Below, piece after piece: positions 38,601-50,197 of a stretch of DNA of 64,000 nt. The notes beneath the pieces were generated by a model, which was not told the DNA's origin, made no database searches, and was given only the letters and a program-made list of their open reading frames with translations. Within the stretch, counting starts at the first letter, position 1; each line of letters begins with the position of its first letter. A program made the translations under genes and the position numbers. The DNA comes from Aplysia californica (Eukaryota): positions 1,166,602-1,230,601 of the forward strand of contig NW_004797355.1 in the NCBI RefSeq assembly GCF_000002075.1, read 5' to 3'.

Positions 38601-39576
38601 AGGTGAATAAAGAGAAGATACTGCCACACGGAGGAATGGTTCTCTGTACAGGAGGAGAGATTTTTGCAAACCCAGTATCAAAATTCTAATTTGTATTTCT
38701 GTCTAAGCCAGTGCAGGCCACTTGCAATACTAAAGATAACATGTATAGTGGGTGAAAGTTTGTGGAGTCCAAATAAAAATGAATCTTTCCAAAATTGTTG
38801 ATCAGTTGATGCCTTTCTTTCTTCTTGTTGTACCCTGCAGGCAGTCATGGCAGCAATGGGAGGCTGTGGAGAAGTGATTGATCCTGATACTTCAGTCTCT
38901 GGGCAAGTTAACAGTGCCTTTTTTTTAGTTACAAAAGAAGAAATACATCGTTCTGAATATATATATATATGGTCTGTGAAAATAACATGGAAATTTATGG
39001 ATCTTACATATGAATGAATTATTTGACTTTTATTTACTATGCTGTAAATAAGACTTTTGACCAAAGTATGAACAGCTTTGTTCTTTCTGGATGTGAAGTT
39101 CCAATGAGTTTTAGATTTGGTTTTGATTGTTCCAGTCACTTTGTATAGTAGTTTCCTGTTACATTTCTCCTCGTATATTAAGTTCTTGCAGAGGTCTGTT
39201 TCCCTTGATAGAGTTGATTCTTTGAAATCTTCAGTACTAAACTGTTTCCTTTTCATTAACATTTTGTCCTTTAGTGCTGTTTGTCCAGTTATTGAAGTTT
39301 AATACATTTGAGAACAGTGTGTGGATTCTTCCGCTGTGAAGATGTGTATAAAGTTGATTTAGGTCAAGCATTTTTAGTTTCTTGTTTAACATTGTTGTTG
39401 AAGACAAATTTTTGGAGCTGCATACATCAGAATACATGTATTTTCTAAATCCTATTAAACTATAATGTATCATGTTCATTTCTGTCTGTTTCAGATATCA
39501 CAAAAGGAAGTATGAAGTTTTTCTGGAAATGCTGAAGGATCAGAATAAATATTCTGACATCATGGCCAGTTCATAA
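20694..39576 (+). CDS. FGGY: FGGY carbohydrate kinase domain-containing protein (D-ribulokinase family), 15 coding exons, ~550 aa
   Basis: Exons: 20694-20879, 22422-22539, 24586-24737, 25856-25941, 26971-27098, 29575-29703, 30346-30437, 31733-31840, 32488-32549, 33070-33226, 34024-34098, 35008-35128, 38112-38206, 38841-38902 (GC donor), 39495-39576; 1653 nt, phases consistent. Motifs: [112 protein letters not shown]. Confidence 0.96.
20948..21785 (+). mobile_element. pogo/Tigger-like MITE, family B, copy 1 (FGGY coding intron 1)
   Basis: TIR CAGTGGAGTCC / GGATTCCACTG; full-length similarity to 37245-38081. Confidence 0.85.
22824..24455 (+). mobile_element. 5'-truncated non-LTR retrotransposon with RNase H (I-group-like), degenerate, locally duplicated across a 100-N gap
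   Basis: [10 protein letters not shown]...NYEAEAIAI...VIFTD.KSVLQAL...[22 protein letters not shown] (RNase H), then [11 protein letters not shown]...DCPLCDC knuckle and an (AAGTA)n tail. Confidence 0.88.
23306..23506. mobile_element. Solo LTR (Gypsy-like) nested in the LINE remnant
   Basis: 201 bp, TGTG...CACA termini, 4-bp TSD AATG (23302-23305 / 23507-23510); empty site visible in the duplicate at ~24020. Confidence 0.7.
25035..25812 (+). mobile_element. hAT internal-deletion derivative with a BED zinc-finger remnant
   Basis: Termini TGGGGCTGG / CCCAGCCTTA, 8-bp [19 protein letters not shown], subterminal TACCCG repeats. 25518-25660 translates [14 protein letters not shown]...(frameshift)[25 protein letters not shown]. 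Confidence 0.8.
27670..27790 (-). mobile_element. RTE-clade LINE 3' remnant
   Basis: Translates [29 protein letters not shown], a typical RTE C-terminus, followed by a (TGA/TAA)-type tail. Confidence 0.65.
28523..29444 (+). mobile_element. Family A TIR element, copy 5, with a decayed FLYWCH/MULE-type transposase fragment (- strand, ~28800-29230)
   Basis: Family A TIRs at both ends. Minus-strand translation with frameshifts: [31 protein letters not shown] (FLYWCH-like), then [18 protein letters not shown] and [27 protein letters not shown], resembling the N-terminus of invertebrate MULE transposases. Confidence 0.75.
31407..31732 (+). repeat. ~28-bp pyrimidine-rich minisatellite forming the 3' splice site of FGGY exon 8
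   Basis: About 12 imperfect units of (T)CTTCTCTGTGTCTCATCTCAATCTCAG; the last unit supplies the acceptor AG. Confidence 0.9.
33306..33476. mobile_element. Small pogo-like MITE
   Basis: TA|CAGTCGACT...AGTCGACTG termini. Confidence 0.5.
34141..34544 (+). mobile_element. Family A TIR element, copy 6, with a nested 59-bp retroposon tail
   Basis: Left TIR GTTAGGCATCGTGGTGAAATCAGGCGCTCG; right end GTTGTGACAC. Nested insert 34282-34340 flanked by duplicated CACATGTCT. Confidence 0.8.
35183..36123. mobile_element. PIF/Harbinger-like MITE containing a tRNA-like cassette
   Basis: TTA TSD on both sides; TIR GGCTGCGCGTCCAC / GTGGACGCGGGGCC (12/14 match). Confidence 0.7.
35460..35542 (-). pseudogene. 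tRNA-derived sequence (long variable arm, Ser/Leu-like), degenerate
   Basis: A box TGGCCGAGTG, T-arm/B box GTGGGTTCGAATCCCA, followed by a long T run; acceptor stem and anticodon loop are non-canonical. Confidence 0.55.
36385..36563. mobile_element. 179-bp MITE with 8-bp TSD
   Basis: 21-bp TIR CTGTCCCCGTGGTTTTATGCA / TGCATAAAACAACGGGGACAG; perfect TSD CCATAGTC; internal GCATAATTT repeats. Confidence 0.85.
37245..38081 (+). mobile_element. pogo/Tigger-like MITE, family B, copy 2 (FGGY coding intron 12)
   Basis: TA|CAGTGGAATCC...GGATTCCACTG|TA; ends 30 bp before exon 13. Confidence 0.85.
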
Positions 39577-40090
39577 CTAATGAACTACCTGTATCAAGGG
39601 TATTGCATTTCTTCAGAAGACTTGAGCTGTCAATCTTAAACGCATTATTATCAACCATTGTTGCTATTATTACCTATATATATCTACGGGATACAACATT
39701 GTCTTTTTGCATCAACAAACTGCATGCAGAGTGTAGTGTGAACTCGTCAAATCTAAAATGGGCCATCTCCGTTCTTTTTTCTATCTAGGGTTAGCCCAAT
39801 TGTCCTTACGACCATATTCAATAGTTTTTGTCGATCGGGAAGAAATATTGTACCATAATTTCAAAGTGCAAGCGTTGGTGTGAACAATTCACTGGCCCTT
39901 GTCGTTAGAAGAATGATTCTCTCGTCCAAGTGTTTGGTGTGAACACGAGGTAAGCTGGCGGTGAGGGAATTAATGTAGGCTACCAAGAACTCGGCAAGTT
40001 TTGATGGTATACACCTTTTTGTGCTGAATTACATTTACATACGTGTTCTTGTTTGTAATGCAAAAAATACTTACAATTACAAGTATGAGA

Positions 40091-40096
40091 AATAAA
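40091..40096 (+). terminator. Candidate FGGY poly(A) signal AATAAA (second candidate at 40237-40242)
   Basis: AATAAA ~515 nt after the FGGY stop codon. Confidence 0.4.
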
Positions 40097-40420
40097 ATGT
40101 TGATGTGCATGTACTGAGACTAAGATGCATATATTATGCAGAAATTGATTTATATGTAAGCCAGACCAATCTACCGCAACTATTTTAATTTATGACAAGG
40201 TTTTTGTTCTGATGTAAATATTCGGACAAGCAATTGAATAAATGTACTACTGTTTATCAGTATGATAAATTAAATCTATTTCTGGACTTATACTTACAAT
40301 TGAATATTGCTATACACAATGTACTTACAACTAAATCCAAGTCACAGAGAGTGCTATACACAATGTACTCAGGCACCCTCAATTGGTAATTATATGACCT
40401 ATGGGTTCAACCCCTCTTCT

Positions 40421-40950
40421 TATTTTTTAAAATTTTATTTTGGTAAGTGTTTTACGGCGCTCGCACCTGCATTAGGTCATATGAGGGACACACCTAATAT
40501 TTTCAGTTGGTAGGAAATTTTGAATTTTGCCCGGGTGGCGGCCGAAGCCTACTGTTATCGATTTTAGACCACCAAGGGATCTTTAACGTGCGCAACTTGC
40601 ACACGGGCCCTCCGAGATTTTTCGCCCTTGTCTGAGAAGGCTAGGTATAGATCTTTCCTTCCAGAAGATCAGGGGTGTGGCAGAAAGACAGCAGTAAGGA
40701 TGAGCCAAGGAGTAGCAGTAGAAAGGCTGCAGAAAGAGTCAGGAGCCCAGAGGAGGGGGCAAAGGAGGTGAAGGGGTGGGGGGGCAGAAAGTGGAAATGA
40801 AATCAGACAACACAACATTGCTAGAGAGCAGGAAAGGAGGTGAAAGGAGACAATTTTAGAGAAGAAAATTTTTTGGTCGCTACCCGGATTCGAACCCGGG
40901 ACCTTTGAATGGGAGGCCAACACCTTAACCTCTAGGCCACGAGAGCCCCC
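40421..40950 (-). mobile_element. Full-length tRNA-derived SINE with a Meta-type central domain
   Basis: tRNA head 40877-40950 (A box TGGCCTAGAGGTTAAGG, B box GGTTCGAATCC); central GCGCACGTTAAAGATCCCTTGGTGGTC; LINE-like tail ATATGACCTAATGCAGGTGCGAGCGCCGTAAAAC; 11-bp TSD ACCCCTCTTCT (40410-40420 / 40951-40961). Confidence 0.88.
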
Positions 40951-41342
40951 ACCCCTCTTCTACTAAACTCTACATACTAATGGATGCATGACTTTGGCCT
41001 GCTCTGGAACAATAATATTATGCTCTACTGTGAGCTGGAGTATAGTGTGTGTTGAGCTGTGTGGGAGAGGCAGGACCTCAACAGTGATGGCAAGTCATGT
41101 CACTTGATCTTTGCAAATTGGGGGCTGGGGGGGGGGGGGGGGGGTTGAAGAGACTGGTCTTGGCTAAGAAAAGGTATCGCCTTGACTCTCATGTAAAGTA
41201 CCTGGATCTCTTTTTGGTTCATAATTACATGTTTGGTCTTGAAGGCCTTACCGATTCTGGTGATTTGATTTTTAGATCAGCAGAATATCCTAACCTGACC
41301 TCACTCGAAATCCAAGAGTGAAAGTTTTTTTTCAAATAAATA

Positions 41343-42222
41343 CAGTATAATCCACTTATATTGACATCCGATTTATCGACATTTTGACATATCGACATAT
41401 TTTTTCTATTACGATATTTTTCCTTCAATATCTTCACAAAACAATTTCTCTTGTATCGACTTTTTTTTCGGCCCACTCTGCGTTATCGACATTCTTCCTG
41501 GGTACCTGGCGAAGCCCACGAACATAAATGGGGGGAAAAGCCATGCTTACGGTTAACGCATCAGTTTTTCATTCAGTCCACATACCTGCCAAGCAGCCTA
41601 TTCAACACATCAGGCTTTAGTAGGTCATGTAGGGCCTACACAGTGTTGTCCCCAACACAGTACAGTGCCTCACAGACGTGAGCGTCTCGTGTGCTGGGTA
41701 TCACCTCCCTACCCCCATCCCATTCTCAGTCTGTCGTTGGCAAGTGCCACTGTAGATGAGTCAGTGCCTCGCCTTTCCATTTTCCCCAGTAAGCGGCCAT
41801 AAACAGGCCCTATTAATCAGGGTGCCCACTACGGATGGGATGGGGCCAATCGCCCGACTCTGTCGCCTAAAAAACAAACATGCTTGTTTTCGGTTTCAGG
41901 TGATCGGCGACTGAGTTGGGCGATCGGCCTGATCCGCCGATTCCATACGTAGTAGGCACCCCAACAAAGTTTGCTCTGGTGTGTAGTTTGCACCTTGAGC
42001 CTCTCTGTCTTTGGTACCACAACTCCAACTCCCCCTCCCCTCTGCCTCTTGTTAGCTTCAAGAATCAAGAGAAGCAACCAGCTTAAAAAAGTAAAGTTGT
42101 CTTTTACCGCTGACCCCCCCTTGCTTTTTCCTTTTTGGCTTTATATTTTCATTTATCAACATTTTTATATATCGACACCAAATCTACTTCCCAAAGCATG
42201 ACGATATAAGCGGATTATACTG
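41343..42222. mobile_element. pogo/Tigger-like MITE
   Basis: TIR CAGTATAATCCACTTATAT / ATATAAGCGGATTATACTG; repeated TATCGAC subterminal motifs. Confidence 0.75.
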
Positions 42223-42869
42223 CGTTGCCAGGTTTGCACATTTCTATGTTTCAAAGGGATTGTACCACTATGTTGATACTCAGCTCAGTCTCATATAGGA
42301 GGCTTTCTGCTTCCACCCTGCCTATCTGAGCCAACACGGGTTGAGTGGGATGCAACACACCTTTGCAAACAGTTGGAGATACTAGAAAATTAACTTGATA
42401 TTCATACTGTATTGTGGGAACTGAACTCAACATTCTCAGAATGTAAGAACGAAGAGCCCAACCATTATGCTACAGACGCCGATCTTAAAATGTAAAAGAC
42501 AAAAGACTGAGAACACATAAATCACAATTGAATAACCCAAACACTTGCATGAACGATGAAAGATTTAGTGATGAAAGGACTGTACATATTTTTCATCAAT
42601 GATGATAATAATCAGCAACAGGAACAAAATCAAGACAAATTAAAAAGGTACAGTGACATGACGAGCTGAGAAGGAAACTATGTAACAAAAGTGTTATATC
42701 AACAAACAATAAACAAGCAGTTCAATGAAATCATAGATTTGGATGAAGTATACACATATAATAATAAAATTAAGTCATAATAACTTAACAATATGATCAA
42801 AGTCCACGAGCAGCATACATTTTATTAAAAATGACATTCTCCTTGACCTCTTACTGCATTCATCTTGAC

Positions 42870-43269
42870 CAGGGGTCTCAAACTTGCGGGCCTCATGACC
42901 ATATCTTGTGGCCCCTACTTCAACTTAATGACATCAACGTTGAGTGTAAGTGTTGCTTGCATGTTTTTGTCATATATATTCACCTTTTTGCTGAGGTGTT
43001 GCCCTGGATTTTTCAAATCACTCATGAGCCAAGGGCTTCCATAGTTCAGGCTCATGACGACAATTTCTGGTGGTGAAGAACCGTTCATGTTTTAAACAGC
43101 TATTTATATAGAATGAGAAGATTCGATTGGTGTTCTTCAAAAATTTTTAAATACCGTACCAGTACCACAACTAACTACAGCCCCCCACCCCCCAAGGAGG
43201 GATATTTGATGCAGCCTAGGCTTACTCTACCTCCAGCGGCCCTCGTGTTATTTGAGTTTGAGACCCCTG
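42870..43269. mobile_element. hAT-Charlie-like MITE
   Basis: TIR CAGGGGTCTCAAACT / AGTTTGAGACCCCTG; 8-bp TSD ATCTTGAC/ATCTAGAC. Confidence 0.85.
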
Positions 43270-43557
43270 ATCTAGACAGTAGACCTACACTGTTTCACTA
43301 CTCTATTTCCTGCACTTTCTTGACTTACAACTTACACAGCTATTCTGAACTCATGGTCACCGACATCTCAGTTCAGCTACTGCTACATAGTTTCAGAGCA
43401 GTTTCGCAGAAGAGCAAGACGGAATCCCTTCATTAAAAAATAAAATCTCAAAAGCCCAGTACAAGGTGTGACAATGATCTATCAATGTAGAATCGTATTC
43501 TATTCAATTTACAGCCATCCATTTAACAGTCACCTTCTTCAACCTGTTAGTGTAATG

Positions 43558-44141
43558 CAGACTTCAACATAAGTTAAGGACCACTTGCAAACACCCTGAG
43601 TGGTCTTCTTGGGTCGACCTGCACGAGGTCTTCTTAGACTGATCAAGTGGCTTGGTGGCGTTGCCTCAGGCTGACAATGACAGAGTGTGACACTGCAAGC
43701 CTTCTGGCAACTTCTCGGGCTCCAACTCCATTCTGCAACCATGCCATAGCTGTGGCACTATCAAAGTCTCTCAGCCATGTCTCGGTGGCATGTTGATGCG
43801 ATACTGGATTTTGTGCAAACGGCTGCTTATATTGCCACCAAAATGAGAACAGTTTGAGACTACGTCCATTTATGACGTGCATCAGAAATTTTAGCTAAAA
43901 AAGGTCTGTGGTATCGCACACAAGTCCCTAAAAAACAGCAAATTTGGCTAAAATTCCACGAGAATTTCCGTGCTGCACGTATTGCTTTTTCCCATTTAGG
44001 AAACTGGAGTACGCATTGGTAACCCATTTACACTTTCAAAGCAAAAAATTTTGAAACATTCCTTGCTGTCTTTTTTTTCGGATTAAAAAAAATAAATCAG
44101 GGCTGTATGTCAAGGTGGTCCTTAACTTATGTTAAAGTCTG
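43558..44141 (-). mobile_element. Tc1-like deletion derivative keeping the transposase N-terminal HTH
   Basis: TIR CAGACTTCAACATAAGTTAAGGACCAC / GTGGTCCTTAACTTATGTTAAAGTCTG|TA. Minus strand encodes LRDFDSATAMAWLQNGVGAREVARRLAVSHSVIVSLRQRHQAT...RRPRAGRPKKTT; no DDE domain. Confidence 0.85.
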
Positions 44142-47100
44142 TAGCTCAGAGACATTCATTGTATGGTAGCACAGAGTGTGTAGTGCTTACTATGAGTCAA
44201 AACAAAACTTTGACATTATTAGGATAATAGTAATGCTGACAAGAAAAAAAGAAAGGAAAACATGCTGTAGCACCCACCACACATCCACAATGTATCAAAT
44301 GCCCACGCTGAGGCTCACCAATCTTCAGTTTGAAGCAGTCCGCTTTTTTAAACTGCAGCTGCTAAATTATTACTAATGCTCCTCCCTAACCCATGGCTAC
44401 ATCATAAATACAGCTCTTGAGTACAAAATGAGGCAGTAACGCAGGAGAGAGTAAAGCTTTCTTTACATTACACATTATTATTTCAGTGTTTGGATTGAAG
44501 TTGAAGGCATCTCCAATAACATAGATAAGTTCCCATAAGGACAGCACAAGGACTCCACCACAAAACATGAGTGTATGCTCAAGTTACTACAAGACACTTC
44601 ACCTACAGTACAATCAATGGTCTCTCTCTTCCCTAAAGGCCCGACACACAATATTCTTTATAATAACTAGCAGACAACAGTAAATGCCACAGATATTCAG
44701 AGTTTCCGAAAACATTTTTTTGGAGCAATTCAAAATGACAAATTCAATTAACAGGTAAGCTTGAACACAATGATGTCAACATTTTCAATTACATTTTTCC
44801 CCACCAACAACTTAAAAACACTTTAAAAAATCAAGCTTCAACATGATGAAATAAGCATTAGATTCGTAGGAATTATGAAATTCAACATAGTCCCTGACTA
44901 ACAGGGTCAGGAAAGGTGCTCAAACCCAAGCCAAACATAGCCCGCCAACCACTTTCCCCGGCCCTTGAAGCACCACTGAAATTGTTAGCTCTTTCACTTT
45001 TCTAAAACTAAGCATTTTTTGTAATGCAAACACATTTCCTCAGTCATTTTTTTCCTACATCATCAGTGTTTCAGGACTTTAAATTAAAAACCTATGCCTG
45101 CCCTCGCTTACCTTTCCATAGTACTGGTACCTCGGTACATGTACAAGTACTAGTACACCTAAGAATCTTTTTTCTCACCCCTGCCACAAATTACTAATAC
45201 AGATAATTTCTATAGTGCCTGCTCCCGTACAATACAGCTCTAGGCGCTTTACCTCATCTCAACTAAAAATACAAGTGAAGGAACATGTAGGCCTACTTAA
45301 TTGAAAACTCGAGCCACTGTAAATTTTCATTTGCTATATATATATTTAATTAAATTAATTAAAACGAAATGCCAAAATTCAGAATCAGCATGTCAATTTA
45401 CAAAAAGAAATAAGCCAAAATGAAGCTAGGTCAAATCTCACAAAGGGAAGCAATCTAGGCCTGTGTGTTCAACATAAACAAGTTTTCAACAACAATGTCT
45501 TTGATTAACACCTCTAAAATTGAACAATTGTTCTAATTAGGCTAACCATTGTGAGTCATGACTTTTGTTTTGTAACTTGTTCAAAACAGAACAAAATACA
45601 TTTTACACAAAAGCCTACAAGTCTTTGGCATTGATCTGGGGACCTGGGAGACAAGAGAATTCCTCGTGTCTGAGCCTGGACACAAACTGCATCAACAGCA
45701 AGCTTTCAAACAGCATTACACCCAGATAGCAACATTTTACAGGAGAGAAAATTCCGTTTCATTTTTTAAAAACAATTTTACTTTGATTATTTTCGACAAA
45801 ATGTTTCTTGAGCATATATGCAACCAATACCACAGATTAAGAAATTGCAATTGAAACATTTTAAAAATATTGGGCATGGTAGGCTACATTTTAACTAAAG
45901 CCGGTCAGTTTAAGTGTTCAAGAAAAAAACGTGTCTAGAGGAGAAAAGGCAGAGGAGAGCTTACAGAACAGCCAAGGTCTGACTGCTTCTACCACAATGT
46001 TTGACTGTTTGAGTATGGTAAAGAGAAAAAGATCTAGAAAATGACAATTAGTGCTGGGACAAAGCAAGAACAATGACAGAAACAACAGAACGGGATCTAA
46101 CAAGAAGGGCCCTTTACGAGTACAGAGTTGTTGTTTTTTTACCCATTCCCCACCAATCTTTGGGCCAATCTGATGACAGTAGAACTGACAGGTCTGAGGC
46201 CAATGGAATTTATCTTAAAATAAGATAAACAGTGAGGGCTGATGGTCATCTGGTAAAAAAACCCCTACACATCAAGGGCTCTAAAGACTCACAGCAAAAA
46301 CTGTCGCTGTCAAAGCAAAGATCAAGCCACATAGGTTCTTTGGGATTGATTTATTCAATTACCAAAGAGCTGAAAGGACAACTTTGGTAAGGAGTCCTTG
46401 CTCAGTGGACCTTGACTCACCGGAACATCAGTTCACAAACTGGTTCCGTGCACCTGTGATTTCTTTAGAAGCCCTTCTTGGACAATCTGAAACTTTCTCT
46501 AACTTTATCATTGAAAATTAAGAAAGGTAAGGAGAAACAAAGCTTAGCGTGAAACAAAGGTTAAAATTAGCCAGTGTAACATAAAGATCGAACTACAAAC
46601 CAAGACAGGCGAAGACAACCATTTAATCGTCATACATAAGTATAAAACAGAAAAAGGCATGAAAAAGCGAACTTCAGTACAGTCTTACCTATCCAAGATG
46701 GAATTGCAAGGGAGCCATGAAAAAATGTCGTCTAAGATAGGGGAATTTAAAGAAAGGGGGGTTCCAGAGAGCCAGCCCATTTGTAGTGAGATCAAGGGTT
46801 GTCTATCCGGTCCGCAAGCAGCGGTCAAAACTTCACATTCCGCACATGCTGTCTACGCTTCTCTGATATTCTGATAATGGCAAGCATCAATTACACTGAA
46901 CCAGTGCTTGGATCGACAGAACCTCTACTTTGTTGCCACCTTTAGCTCCACCCATCAGTGTAATAAGCAATGCCATCCCTCCCGTGCATATATTATATGC
47001 AAAAATTCAAAGAATTATTTTCTCTGCTGGCCATAAGATCAGGGCAGCAGACATCGGTCAAATTAATTTCATTCCTCAGGCTACCCAGGAAAGTTTCCAT

Positions 47101-49089
47101 GCAGGGGGCTCCACTCAAACACTTTCACAAGCACAGGTGAGCTTTCACACCTACACCATTTGGAACATCCCCACTGCTCAGGGCCCACATGGACTGGGAG
47201 ACAGTAACAGCTACCCGCCAAACCGCACCCCTTCTCCCCTTACTCGTCTCGCAATGGTTAGAGCAAATGAAACTAACCTTAGGAGGCTTGTTTCCAATCA
47301 GGGCAGAGCAGGCAAAGCATTTGTCTCGGATTCGGACAGGTCTGAACTCCCTGAAGGGAAGGAATTGCTCTTTCCTTTTCTAGGTTCAGGAGGTCTCCAT
47401 TCCAAGGAGGCAATTATAGAAGAATTTATCGGGGAGGGGGAGATTTCCGTTATGGAAGGTTTCCGTCTTGGACAGGCTTCCGTTAAGGCAGGGTCAACTG
47501 TATATTGTAGTACATCAATTAGCTTCAATTTTTAAAAATCCATGCAGATTAGCTGAAAGTAGCAGTGGTGAGCACAAAAGAATGATGAACACACAGCTGT
47601 ATACACCTGAGTTGTTGGAGAAAGAGGACGTGGCATAACGTTTATAATGGAAAAAACAGGCACCATTCACGACTTTCAGGGCATTGAGGGGAAAAAGAGA
47701 CCGACGGATGCGCTGTCCTACAGGAGATACTGCCGAAAGAGGATTTAGTCTCTCAGTTGCCAGAACACACAGAAATGAAGAAGCAGCCAAACACTTTTCC
47801 TATAATTCAATTGTTTTTGTTATCCTGATGTACAAACTGAAACACTGAGACTGATGAGCCTATTCTCACAGGGCACATGGCAATCACTTTTCACAGTACC
47901 TACTTTACAGTGTACTTAAAGGAAGCCTACACAAAAATGCACAAGAACTAATTCCACTTAAAGGACATCTTTCTACTACTGGGCCAGGTTGTATCTTGAA
48001 TTGCTATTAATGCTTGTACTCTCCAAACACAAAACTGACTATTCAACAAAAGAGTGGGTGACATGACACACATCATAATGACTCATCACTTACTGCAGAT
48101 TAAACATTGTTATAATGCTACTACTACTACTACTACTCACAGATAAATGATCAGTCCGTCTGAAAAGGTCATGGTGGTCTCTGCACTGATCGCTGCCCAT
48201 CAAGCAACTTCTTTTATGGTGAAAAGAGGCAAAGTTTTCATTGTGAAATAAAAAAGCTTAAACACACATCATTAATCCTTCACTAGGTTTCAGTTTGGAA
48301 ATGAAGTTTCTCTACAATTGCAATAATAATTTTGCCTTTCTTTCATAAAGCTTATTTTAAGTTGTGGTATCATTATGGGCTTCAGAGTCTCCTTCTTTCT
48401 ATCTCTATTTGCAAGTGAACAAAATCGGAAAAATAAAAAAAACAACAACAAAACACAACATAAAGCATTCCAAAAACAAAACTCATAACTTATAATATTT
48501 CACTACCATCTTCAGACTACTTCATCCATACATCAAGCACTCAAATGCTCACCTAAATTGTCACACTCCAACATTCTCAAAGACCAAGCCAAGTAGACAC
48601 TCACGTAGGCTCACACAGAGACAAAAGACAAAGACGTTTCATGATACATCATCAAACAACACAAGGAGAGGGAACTCTTTTTAACCCACCAAGACAACAT
48701 GACGGTGGGAACAGTAAGTTCCCCAACACAACAATCAATGAACACAATTAGAATAATCTGCAATGCCGAGCCTTGTTACACTTTCAGCACGCGACAGACG
48801 CAGATAAAACAGCACATACTTGACGTAAAGATCCGTCGTGAGTCAATTCATTTCAGAATCATGTACAAAGACACTGGCACACACTTATAGAAGTAAAGAT
48901 CCATCATGAATCAGTACATATCAAGATCACTAACACATGAGAGGGCTTCAGCAACCCATCTAATTTGTATTCTCCATCGACTTATCCTGGACAGGTGGTC
49001 CCATAAGCTGCTCTTCCCAGAGAAAACAAATTGATTCTAGAGCATTAGTTTTGAACTGCAAGAAATGGCAGCCGTGTCAGACTGAGTAT

Positions 49090-49271
49090 CCCGTGTGCAA
49101 ATTGCGCACGTTAAAGATCCCTTGGTGGTCTAAAATCGATAAGAGTAGGCTTCGGCCGCCACCTGGGCAAAATTCAAAATTTCCTACCAACTGAAAGTAT
49201 TAGGAGTGTCCCGCGCGCTCATATGACCTTATGCAGTTGCGAGCGCCGTAAAACACTTTACAAAAACAAAA
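49090..49271 (+). mobile_element. 5'-truncated copy of the same SINE
   Basis: Near-identical to 40435-40607 in reverse; 11-bp TSD AGACTGAGTAT (49079-49089 / 49272-49282). Confidence 0.88.
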
Positions 49272-50124
49272 AGACTGAGTATATTAATGCTTTACACCCC
49301 CATCAACACAATTTAGATCATTTAGAAGAAAAACTGCTCCAATAGCGCAAGAACTATCGCACGATGCCTTGCAAAGTCTGATGATGTGACTTTCTGCTTG
49401 GGAAACTTATGAACTTGACAAAGGGTGGCAAAGTCGATGCAAGGGCTTCATTCATTAACTTCCACAGAGCTGAGACTGAAAAGCTGGAAGCTGCTCCAGA
49501 CATGTCTTCAAATCATCACAACACTCTTGTATGTGCATTTCTAAGTAAAGCATTCCAAATTCAAGTGCTTTTTGTAAACGATCACTCACATGCCATCTAC
49601 AGTATAATAGCAATGTAAGTACACTGGACAACACTGGAAAAGTTGACCAAGTAGGCCTATAACAAAATAATACCACAGACAGAAAGTGTCAATTATCATT
49701 TTTAATTTTTTAAAGTAAGGCAACATACACTTATCCTCATTAAGCCAAATTTCTCAGCTGATGGATTGATTTGTATTTCCACTCTAAGGAAAATGGATTC
49801 TGTCATATTAATACCTAGACATTCCAAGAAACAGGATGATTAATTCACTCAACTGTTGGTGTCCAGTGAGCATCTTCGAGCAGAAGCCAACATGACATGT
49901 GCAACTTGATTTAATATCTTCGGGTCAAAATGACTCCATAGTAGGAGTTCTGGAGGGTCTTTTTATTCCTAAAGGGACTGATTAATCTAAACAGAAAAGT
50001 ACCTATGAAAATCCAAAAACGCTTCATCCCCAAAGTAGACTTTTACTTACACTGACTTATTGTACTACAACTCCAAAGATGTTCAGCTACGTTATATAGG
50101 TGATCCTAAGATAAGAAGGGCAGT

Positions 50125-50133
<9 letters not shown>

Positions 50134-50190
<57 letters not shown>
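50134..50190. repeat. (TA)n microsatellite
   Basis: Seen directly; another (TA)n at 1066-1106. Confidence 0.95.

Positions 50191-50197
<7 letters not shown>

Noticed and set aside
38678-39262. 194-aa minus-strand ORF
   Set aside because: AT-rich, antisense to FGGY exon 14 and its intron, no recognisable motif.
40877-40950. Functional tRNA-Gly(CCC) gene
   Set aside because: The anticodon stem is mismatched, and it is the head of a TSD-flanked SINE.
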